Assembly (NCBI GenBank): GCA_964469215.1
Contig: CAYXYB010000003.1
Coordinates: forward strand, 47,348 to 111,347
DNA: 64,000 nt
Source of the DNA: an uncultured Lentimicrobiaceae bacterium
GTDB taxonomy: Bacteria > Bacteroidota > Bacteroidia > Bacteroidales > SKPS01
Direction: 5' to 3'
Position 1 is the stretch's first letter, and the number at the start of each line of letters is the position of its first letter. This document shows positions 45,830 to 53,692 of the stretch, piece by piece. Below the pieces are notes generated by a model that searched no databases, had not been told where the DNA came from, and saw only the letters and a list, made by a program, of their open reading frames with translations. Made by a program: the position numbers and the translations under genes.

Positions 45830-47290
45830 TCAATCGGCTCTTTTGTGTTGACATCCATCAGTGGTTAAGTAAGCTATATGCCTGTTTGGCAACTCTTTGT
45901 AACCGAAAAGATTTCTATTAATAATGACTTCAGAGATGTAAACGGGTACCTTTTCTAACCACACTGAGTCTCCGGATTCGATCTCGTTCAATACATCCCG
46001 GGATCGTATATAAAGTTTTGAAACTCTTACATTCTGTATGTCAATAATATAATGGTTTTCCTTAAGATGACAGATAAGTTTTTCGGTTCCTGGATCAGTT
46101 AGCATATCATTAAAAGTATTTATCCTGCCTGTGTTTTTGTCTATTGTAGGATAGACAAGCAATCTTGTGTCCTGTTGAAATAATTTACCAAAAGCCTCCA
46201 TGATGCCGCCTTTCAGATCCTGATAATAATACTGGTCTAAAACCTTCTTCAGAGTGTCAACTCCCATTACCATTCTGATCCTGTTGATCTGATACCTTCC
46301 CAGAAATTCAGTAAGCCTGTAAAATTCCCTGAATGTCGATACCATTACGTTCTGCCCCATGCCGTTCAGGATATCAACACGAGCCAGAAAATCCCTTTCA
46401 TCAATGTCACCCACAGAAAGAAGATTATCCAGAGTCATTTCACATATTACCAGCATATTGCTCTTGTCACATCCCTGCTCCTTTTTCATAAGGGAATAAC
46501 CGGTCTTCAGCATATCGAATTCGACATAAGTAACAGGGCGGAAACTGCCCCTCAGAACCATCAGGTTTTTTTTGTACAACATATCAGAAGGTTGCTGAAC
46601 TTTTCCATAACGGTCGAAGATGACAGCAGGAGTCATTTTGTTTTTTACTAACTGTAGGCATAGCAGTCTGTTATCCACATATGACAACTGAGGCCCGGCC
46701 ATTTCAATCATGGTGATTTCAATCCGTTTAGGCCCAAGGTCATCAAGCAAAGATCTTAGAAATGTATTTGGTTTATCATAATAATAAAATGCACCGAAGA
46801 TAAGGTTTGTACCAAGCACACCCAGTGTCTGTTGCTGAAGAAGGGTATCATTCTCAAGTAGTCTTACGTGAAGAATAATCTGGTTGGGTTCACCTGAAGG
46901 AACAAGCTGGAATCGTATGCCTATCCAACCATTTCCTGTGTTGGTTTTTTCATAGTTAATGGTTGTTACTGTGTTGGCAAAAGAAAAAAAACGGGTGGCA
47001 GGATCGCGTTTTGAGGATAAAAGCTCAGTAAGCTGGGAATATTCGGTTTTCAACATTCTGGTCAATCGTTCTTTGCTGACATAACGCCCGCTCTTTCCGT
47101 ATAGATTATCACTGAAAGACATGTCGTATGCCGAAATCGTTTTCGCAATAGTACCCGACGCACCTCCGGCTGTAAAAAAAATTCTGGATGTTTCCTGACC
47201 GCCGCCTATTTCAGCAAATGAGCCGTAATTAACAGGATCTAGATTGATCTGCAATGCTTTCTGCCTGGTCGACAACACATTGATTACCAT
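45830..47290 (-). CDS. Conserved Bacteroidota protein with nucleotidyltransferase (NMNAT)-like C-terminal domain
   Basis: KAL.INLD...YGSFAEIG.GQE, GGASGTIAK.ISAYDM, RYV...RL..ML..EY, QQ.TLG.LG.NL and RGSFRPVT. Confidence 0.65.
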   Translation of the reverse strand: MVINVLSTRQKALQINLDPVNYGSFAEIGGGQETSRIFFTAGGASGTIAKTISAYDMSFSDNLYGKSGRYVSKERLTRMLKTEYSQLTELLSSKRDPATRFFSFANTVTTINYEKTNTGNGWIGIRFQLVPSGEPNQIILHVRLLENDTLLQQQTLGVLGTNLIFGAFYYYDKPNTFLRSLLDDLGPKRIEITMIEMAGPQLSYVDNRLLCLQLVKNKMTPAVIFDRYGKVQQPSDMLYKKNLMVLRGSFRPVTYVEFDMLKTGYSLMKKEQGCDKSNMLVICEMTLDNLLSVGDIDERDFLARVDILNGMGQNVMVSTFREFYRLTEFLGRYQINRIRMVMGVDTLKKVLDQYYYQDLKGGIMEAFGKLFQQDTRLLVYPTIDKNTGRINTFNDMLTDPGTEKLICHLKENHYIIDIQNVRVSKLYIRSRDVLNEIESGDSVWLEKVPVYISEVIINRNLFGYKELPNRHIAYLTTDGCQHKRAD

Positions 47291-47292
47291 TT

Positions 47293-47982
47293 TTAAAGAT
47301 TCAACAGCTCTTTGATCCTTTTTGCACTTATATCAGCAGGAAGGATTATGCGTACCCCGTTGGGATACCTGATCTGCATTACAGGTCCTGACAATTTCTG
47401 TTCCGGCAAACTTTCAGGTGTCTTAATAATTTCATTTTTTACTACTGCTGCTACCTTTGCAGAGGGCTTAATGCCTTTAATTTTTTTTGCCTTTTTAATG
47501 ACTGCCGTTATACCTTGATCTGCTGAATCAATTTTCCGTGGCCTCCCTATTCTTTTCGGTTCTGCAGGTATCTCGGTAAGCTCACTTGAAACCCGGGTAG
47601 GAGCTTTTAAACTTACTTTCGGTTTGATAGCAGTTTTCTTATTCTTATTTATTTCGGCCTGTTTCCTTTCCTTCACTGGTTTTGAAGTTACAGATTCTCC
47701 CACTTTACCTTCCAGTTCTTTTTTGGATTTTCTACCTCTTCTCGGCTTATCCTCAACCTCTTCTGGAAATTTATCATAATACTTTTTTTGCCAGTAATAG
47801 AAGTTAGACATGGGGTAATTGCTTTCAAGACAAAACTTTCTGCGGGTCAAGCCACTGACCTTAAAGGTTTTAATTATCTGAAACATCTCATCTTCAGTCA
47901 ATTGGGGAGTGCTCCTCCTAATCCTTGTAGATGTAACTTTTCCTTCAACCGGTTTTTCTTGGTTAATGTTTCTTTCTTCCAT
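47293..47982 (-). CDS. Orphan IS66 TnpA-like HTH protein with Lys-rich AT-hook linker
   Basis: SGLTRRKFC...SNFYYWQKKY HTH and C-terminal QIRYPNGVRIILP, both typical of IS66 TnpA; internal KPRRGRKSKK and KRIGRPRK. Confidence 0.7.
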   Translation of the reverse strand: MEERNINQEKPVEGKVTSTRIRRSTPQLTEDEMFQIIKTFKVSGLTRRKFCLESNYPMSNFYYWQKKYYDKFPEEVEDKPRRGRKSKKELEGKVGESVTSKPVKERKQAEINKNKKTAIKPKVSLKAPTRVSSELTEIPAEPKRIGRPRKIDSADQGITAVIKKAKKIKGIKPSAKVAAVVKNEIIKTPESLPEQKLSGPVMQIRYPNGVRIILPADISAKRIKELLNL

Positions 47983-48191
47983 CTTTTTAAGTATTTTGAT
48001 TAATTATTACTAACATAAAATAATAAATAACAATACATTAAATAAATATACATATTGTTTTTTATTGAGTGCAATTTACTTTAATAAAAGTTAATTTCCA
48101 AATTAATTAACATTTCATCGAAAAAAAAGTTTGATTTTTGCAAAAGTATTCAATTTTGATAATTAAATTCCAACTAATTAAATAACTATAA

Positions 48192-49631
48192 ATGAATATT
48201 ATACAACATCAGAAAAAAACAAAAATCGTGGCAACTATTTCCGATAAGAATTGCACTGTGGATTTTATAAGGACTTTACACGAAAAGGGAATGGATGTGG
48301 TAAGGTTAAATTCAGCACACCAGGAGACAGATGAGGCTTTGAAGGTGATAAAAATGGTACGTGAAGTTTCTGATCAGATTGCTATTCTTATTGACACAAA
48401 AGGCCCTGAAATCAGAACCACAATAATAGAACCGCCAATAAAAGTTGAAGCAGGTGATATAATCGAAATAGGTTCAGACGGAAAAAGCTCTGTATCTGAT
48501 AATCTGAATAGAATATTTGTAAATTACAAAGGATTTGTTGATGATGTATTTCCCGGAACGCGAATACTGATCGATGATGGTTATATTGAGCTACTTGTGA
48601 TTGACAAAGGTATCGACAGGTTGATATGCAAGGCTCTAAATCGGGGAACACTTAAAAGCCGAAAAAGTGTCAATGTTCCTAATACATCATTTAATCTGCC
48701 AGGCCTTAACAATAAGGACAAAGAGTTTATAAGGTTTGCGGCAGAACAGGATATTGATTTTATTGCTCATAGCTTTGTCAGGAACAGGGATGATGTTCTT
48801 GCAGTTCAGCAGGAGCTTGACAAATATGGAAGCAGGATTAAAATAATTGCAAAGATTGAAAACCAGCAGGGTGTTGATAATCTGACAGAGATTCTTGATC
48901 ATGCTTATGGAATAATGGTCGCCCGTGGAGATCTTGCGGTTGAAATTCCATTCGAACAGATTCCCGGAGTTCAACGCGATATAATCAAAGAATGCAACAG
49001 AAACAAGAAGCCTGTAATAGTTGCAACTCAGATGCTTCATTCTATGATAAACAACCCCAGGCCTACACGCGCTGAGGTAAATGATGTTGCCAGTGCTATT
49101 TTCCGCCGTACCGATGCTGTTATGCTCAGTGGAGAAACCGCGTTTGGAAATTATCCTGTGGAGTCGATGTCCACCATGACAAAAATTGCTGTTGAGGTTG
49201 AAAAAAGCAAAGAGGATAACCTTGCATACAATTTTGTTGACAAAAAGCGGAAAGTGCCTTCACACCTGGCCAAATATGCGGTTGAAGCCTCCATGGATCT
49301 TAATGTTGTTGCTATAATTGCTGATACAAACACTGGACGAACACCCAGAAGCTTGTCCAGCTATCATGGCAGAAAGCCTGTCTTTGCAGTTTGCTATTCA
49401 AAAAGGACAATGCGTGAGCTGGCTCTCAGCTATGGTGTTATACCTCTTTATATGGAACCTAAACCAACTTCACACGAGTTTATCAAAAACGCACTTAAAA
49501 TAATTCAACAGAGATTCGATGTATCGGATGATGGATTACTCGTTGTTATTGCCGGCAGTTTCGGTTCTACACATGGAGCCTCTTATGTAGAAATCGGCAC
49601 CGTAAAAAACCTGCTTGGATTTGTATTATAA
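48192..49631 (+). CDS. pyk: Pyruvate kinase
   Basis: KTKIVAT, IDTKGPEIRT, IIAKIEN, IMVARGDL.VE, ATQML.SM, PRPTRAE and MLSGETA. Confidence 0.97.
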   Translation: MNIIQHQKKTKIVATISDKNCTVDFIRTLHEKGMDVVRLNSAHQETDEALKVIKMVREVSDQIAILIDTKGPEIRTTIIEPPIKVEAGDIIEIGSDGKSSVSDNLNRIFVNYKGFVDDVFPGTRILIDDGYIELLVIDKGIDRLICKALNRGTLKSRKSVNVPNTSFNLPGLNNKDKEFIRFAAEQDIDFIAHSFVRNRDDVLAVQQELDKYGSRIKIIAKIENQQGVDNLTEILDHAYGIMVARGDLAVEIPFEQIPGVQRDIIKECNRNKKPVIVATQMLHSMINNPRPTRAEVNDVASAIFRRTDAVMLSGETAFGNYPVESMSTMTKIAVEVEKSKEDNLAYNFVDKKRKVPSHLAKYAVEASMDLNVVAIIADTNTGRTPRSLSSYHGRKPVFAVCYSKRTMRELALSYGVIPLYMEPKPTSHEFIKNALKIIQQRFDVSDDGLLVVIAGSFGSTHGASYVEIGTVKNLLGFVL

Positions 49632-49658
49632 CTCCAAACCCGAAACTTAAATCAGTGA

Positions 49659-50183
49659 CTATATTTTGTTTCTATTCTTGCGCCTTATTTCACCTGTTTT
49701 GAACGAAAAATACCTTTGCATCAAATAGCTGTATAGAACAACAAATACCGTGGTAATAATCTTTGAGGGTGTGGGAAAAATACCAAATTGTTCAACAAAT
49801 AGCTTTAGCAACAGGTAGTTGATGAGAATTGCCCCGAATACAGTTATCCCGTATCGGAAGAGCTGTTTCTTCCCCCTGAAAAGAGAATTGGTGAAAGTGA
49901 CGTACTTTGCAAGAATAAAACCTGTACTGAAGGTAATGGGAAATACTATTAAAAATGCTGCAATATGAGGAGATATGGTTATTCCGGGAACAGATACCAT
50001 CTGCTTTTTTAACACAAAATTGTAAAAGATAAAATATAGTATTATATCAAGGAAGGTGTTTGCGCCACCGGTAGCCGCATACCTAAATGTTTCAACAGGT
50101 ACATATCTTCTGATTGGCCAGTGTACCAGATCAACAATAAAAATTATCAGATTGCGGATCTTCCTTCCCAGTTCTATCATCAC
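49659..50183 (-). CDS. GtrA family membrane protein
   Basis: FRYAATGGANT.LD; four hydrophobic helices; KY.TF and RY. Confidence 0.85.
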   Translation of the reverse strand: MMIELGRKIRNLIIFIVDLVHWPIRRYVPVETFRYAATGGANTFLDIILYFIFYNFVLKKQMVSVPGITISPHIAAFLIVFPITFSTGFILAKYVTFTNSLFRGKKQLFRYGITVFGAILINYLLLKLFVEQFGIFPTPSKIITTVFVVLYSYLMQRYFSFKTGEIRRKNRNKI

Positions 50184-50208
50184 TTTTATTCTGAATTATT
50201 TCGGGCAG

Positions 50209-50255
50209 CAAACCTAAAAGAATTTTCGCTTATACCCAAATATGATCTATTTTTG
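50209..50255. promoter_or_regulatory. Divergent pair of sigma-A -7 elements (gtrA: TAGGTTTG on -, 50209-50216; rmuC: TATTTTTG on +, 50248-50255)
   Basis: Two exact TAnnTTTG matches, each facing its gene. Confidence 0.5.
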
Positions 50256-50291
50256 CAGGAATAGTCTAATGTAAAATTCATTATAGAAATC

Positions 50292-51599
50292 ATGCCTGAA
50301 GCTGAATCAATAATTATTATTATGCTTTTTGCTGTAATACTGGCACTTCAGATCTTTATTCTTACCAGGCAGGGTCGTAGTTCAGGATCGGAAATAACCT
50401 TGATAAACCGGTTTGAAAAGCTTGAGAGCGCTCTTGAAGGAATTGAGAAGAGGCTGAAGGATGAGTTCAGGATGAACAGGGAGGAAAACAGCCGGATGGC
50501 CATGGAGAGTCGTTCTGAGATGATCAATACATTTCGGGAGATACAAAAGCTGTTGTCAGAGACAATAATGTTGTCATTCAAAGAGTTCAGGGGTAGTTTC
50601 GAAAAGGGGGTTGAATCTTTAAACCAGTCACAGCGTCAGATGTTTTCTCAGCTCAATGAAAAGCAGGAGAAACTAATCCTGAGTACTGAGAAGCGCCTTG
50701 ATCAGATGCGTGAAACCGTTGACGAAAAGCTTCAGAAAACCCTTAATGAAAGAATAGGTCAATCATTCGAAACGGTAGGCAGGCAGTTGCAGGAGGTTCA
50801 GAAGGGCCTGGGAGAAATGAAAACCCTTGCTCAGGATGTTGGCGGTCTTAAAAAGGTCCTCAGCAATGTTAAACAACGTGGTGGAATTGGGGAGGTTCAG
50901 CTCGCTATGCTTCTGGAACAGATGCTTGCTCCGGAACAATATGAAATGAATGTAAGGACAAAACAGGGATCTTCCGAGAATGTTGAATTTGCAATTAAGC
51001 TGCCTGGCCGTGAGGAAATAGGCAAACATGTATATCTTCCAATTGATGCTAAATTCCCTAGAGATGTTTATGAAAACCTTACCGATGCTTATGAAACTGC
51101 TGATCCTTCATTAATCGAATCTGCAGTTAAATCGATGGAAAACTCTATTAGAAAAATGGCAAAAGATATAAGGGATAAATACCTTGACCCACCTGATACC
51201 ACAGATTTTGCAATCATGTTCCTGCCATTTGAAGGTATATATGCAGAGGTCATTAGAAGATCTTCACTTATTGATCAGTTACAAAGGGAATATAAGGTTG
51301 TTGTTACCGGACCCACAACTCTTACAGCAATTCTCAACAGCCTGCAAATGGGATTCAGAACCCTTCATCTTCAGAAACGAAGTAGTGAAGTTTGGTCAAT
51401 TCTCGGTTCAGTAAAGACCGAATTTGAAAAATTCGGTGGTCTTCTCGAAAAAGCACACAAAAACATCACCACCGCAGGTGGTGCCATTGATGAACTTATG
51501 GGTAAAAGAACAAACGCCATCAAGCGTAAGCTCCGGGAGGTGGAATCTTTACCTGCTGCAGATAGCAGAAATATTATTGCAGATTCAACTGAAGATTGA
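50292..51599 (+). CDS. rmuC: DNA recombination protein RmuC
   Basis: N-terminal TM plus coiled coil; NVKQRG..GEVQL, LPIDAKFP, T.DFAIMFLP.EG.YAE, GPTTL.A.LNSLQMGF and KTEFEKF. Confidence 0.95.
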   Translation: MPEAESIIIIMLFAVILALQIFILTRQGRSSGSEITLINRFEKLESALEGIEKRLKDEFRMNREENSRMAMESRSEMINTFREIQKLLSETIMLSFKEFRGSFEKGVESLNQSQRQMFSQLNEKQEKLILSTEKRLDQMRETVDEKLQKTLNERIGQSFETVGRQLQEVQKGLGEMKTLAQDVGGLKKVLSNVKQRGGIGEVQLAMLLEQMLAPEQYEMNVRTKQGSSENVEFAIKLPGREEIGKHVYLPIDAKFPRDVYENLTDAYETADPSLIESAVKSMENSIRKMAKDIRDKYLDPPDTTDFAIMFLPFEGIYAEVIRRSSLIDQLQREYKVVVTGPTTLTAILNSLQMGFRTLHLQKRSSEVWSILGSVKTEFEKFGGLLEKAHKNITTAGGAIDELMGKRTNAIKRKLREVESLPAADSRNIIADSTED

Positions 51600-51683
51600 T
51601 ATAGCATCTTATCCATTATTTCTTTTATTCCTTTCCTCAAATATTCAATTATTTTCATATTTTTACCCTTTAATTAACCTGGG

Positions 51684-52568
51684 ATGAATATGAAATCAGC
51701 TATTAGGGTCTCCATGCTTTTGTTATTATTATCTGGATTCTCTCAGGCTCAGACACCAAAAATTATTTGGGCTTTCGATACCCGTGATATGTCAGCAGGC
51801 CAGAGTGCAATGGATGATATTGATAATGACGGAAAATATGAGATTGTCTTCGGATGTTATCGCAACGACAGTATGATTTACGCCATCAATGCAGAAAACG
51901 GATCTTTACATTGGAAGTATAAGGCTGCGGGTTCAGGAGATGGATGTAATGATGTTGCTTCTTTGATTTTTGATATTGATGGTGATGGTTTCAAGGAGGT
52001 TATTGTTCCATCATCATGTTATCCAAGAACCTACTGCTTTGATGGGGCAAGCGGAATTGTTAAATGGGTCAATGTTACCCGCGGAAGCCATTCACCACCG
52101 GTGATCGCAGATTTTGATGGCGATGACACTCTTGATCTGTTCGTTGTTGGAGGTTATTCCGAATACCCCAACTTCTCGGTTAACTATGGTAGAGGTTACG
52201 CAATACAGGCAGGAAAAGGAGCAGGGCCGGATTGGAAAATGTTCCAAAGGGATTATTATCGTTCCTGCAGTTACTGCTATACCGGGCAAATAATTTCGAA
52301 TGTAGGTTCAAATGATATCAGTAGAAATTTCTTGTTCAACATTCACCCAGTTCCGCTGGGAAAAAACAGCATACTCCATATTAATATAAATGTTGAAGTT
52401 GAAAATCTTGTTAGGCTTTTTGATATTTCCGGTAAGCTTATTCATACAACTGTAAACCCGCAAAGTATAGATCTGTCCGAATTGGATCTTCAGCAAGGGG
52501 TATATTTAATAAAGTGCAGTAATGTTTACGGAGAAAGCACCAGAAAAATCGTTATCACAGGCAGATAA
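51684..52568 (+). CDS. T9SS type A sorting domain protein with three FG-GAP-like Ca-binding repeats (possibly internally deleted)
   Basis: Signal peptide; DIDNDGKYE, DIDGDGFKE and DFDGDDTLD repeats; CTD (HP.P...LFDISGKL...QGVYLIK...RKIVI). Confidence 0.75.
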   Translation: MNMKSAIRVSMLLLLLSGFSQAQTPKIIWAFDTRDMSAGQSAMDDIDNDGKYEIVFGCYRNDSMIYAINAENGSLHWKYKAAGSGDGCNDVASLIFDIDGDGFKEVIVPSSCYPRTYCFDGASGIVKWVNVTRGSHSPPVIADFDGDDTLDLFVVGGYSEYPNFSVNYGRGYAIQAGKGAGPDWKMFQRDYYRSCSYCYTGQIISNVGSNDISRNFLFNIHPVPLGKNSILHININVEVENLVRLFDISGKLIHTTVNPQSIDLSELDLQQGVYLIKCSNVYGESTRKIVITGR

Positions 52569-52713
52569 TATGTCTATTAAATATTTTTGTTCAATAAGAT
52601 AATTGTTGCCTCGTATTATAAGACCTGGGATATAGCAGGATTATTAAGAATACAACAATCTGAATATGGATCTGATATTTCAGTTTTGTAAAGTAATATT
52701 GGTAGGTTAAATC

Positions 52714-52721
52714 TATCTTTG
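52714..52721 (+). promoter_or_regulatory. sigma-A -7 element (TATCTTTG) 4 nt before the prmC ATG
   Basis: Exact TAnnTTTG. Confidence 0.55.
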
Positions 52722-52725
52722 TGTC

Positions 52726-53646
52726 ATGATAACTGGAACAAACCTCGTAAAAGATATTAAGAAAACCATTTCTGATGCATTGATTCCTCTTTATGGTGAT
52801 AGGGAAGCCAACTCGATTGGAGAGCTTTTGTTGGAAGAGCGTTTTGGAATAAAAAACCTTGACCTTGCCATAAAACCTGATATTCGGTTAACAGAATCTG
52901 AGATAGTTCAGCTACATAAAGACATCATCAAACTCACTGCTGGAAATCCTGTACAATACGTATTGGGATATTCAACTTTCCTTGGGTTAAGGTTGAAAGT
53001 AAATCCTTCAGTTCTAATTCCGAGGCCTGAAACTGAAGAAATGGCATTAATTGCTATAAATATTTTGAAAAACTTGCAAAATCCGCGAGTATTGGATATT
53101 GGAACAGGTTCCGGTGCCCTGGCTATTGCAATTAAATCAGCAATACCATCAGCAAAAGTCATGGCACTGGATAACAGCATTGATGCTCTGAAAGTAGCTT
53201 CTGAAAATGCCCTTGGTAATAATACTAATGTACACTTTTTTCTGCATGATATCCTGAAAGACAATCTAAAGCTCAACGAAAAACCAAATTGTGTTATAAG
53301 TAATCCACCCTACATACCTGTTTCGGAAATTATTCACATCCCTGTAAATGTGAAGTACTATGAACCTGCCAATGCATTGTTCGTTCAGGATGATGATCCT
53401 GTTTTATTCTATAAAAAAATTGGCGAAGAAAGTTATTGTCTTCTTGACGAAGGTGGTTGGCTCATTGTTGAAACTCATCCAACGTTTACCGCAAAGGTAG
53501 TTGACTTGTTTGATTATTTGGGCTTTACTTCTGTTGAAAAACATTTTGATATTAACGGAAAGACCAGATTTGTGACTGCGAAAAAAATAAAAAAAAAAAA
53601 AAATTACATGTTTTTTTTTAAAACTACTCAGATATTGAAACAATAA
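52726..53646 (+). CDS. prmC: Release factor glutamine methyltransferase
   Basis: PVQYVLG, VLIPRPETEE, LDIGTGSGA and VISNPPY; C-terminal tail encoded by homopolymers. Confidence 0.95.
   Translation: MITGTNLVKDIKKTISDALIPLYGDREANSIGELLLEERFGIKNLDLAIKPDIRLTESEIVQLHKDIIKLTAGNPVQYVLGYSTFLGLRLKVNPSVLIPRPETEEMALIAINILKNLQNPRVLDIGTGSGALAIAIKSAIPSAKVMALDNSIDALKVASENALGNNTNVHFFLHDILKDNLKLNEKPNCVISNPPYIPVSEIIHIPVNVKYYEPANALFVQDDDPVLFYKKIGEESYCLLDEGGWLIVETHPTFTAKVVDLFDYLGFTSVEKHFDINGKTRFVTAKKIKKKKNYMFFFKTTQILKQ
53581..53619. repeat. Homopolymer cluster A7-T-A15-TTACATG-T9
   Basis: Direct reading: A 53581-53587, T 53588, A 53589-53603, T 53611-53619. Confidence 0.9.
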
Positions 53647-53692
53647 CCTATTTTTATCCTTTTCAATAATACACCATAACTGTTTTTTAGAT

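Noticed and set aside
47293-48191. Active IS66 insertion sequence
   Set aside because: No tnpB/tnpC, no terminal inverted repeats and no target duplication are visible; only a TnpA-like gene, reported as a finding.
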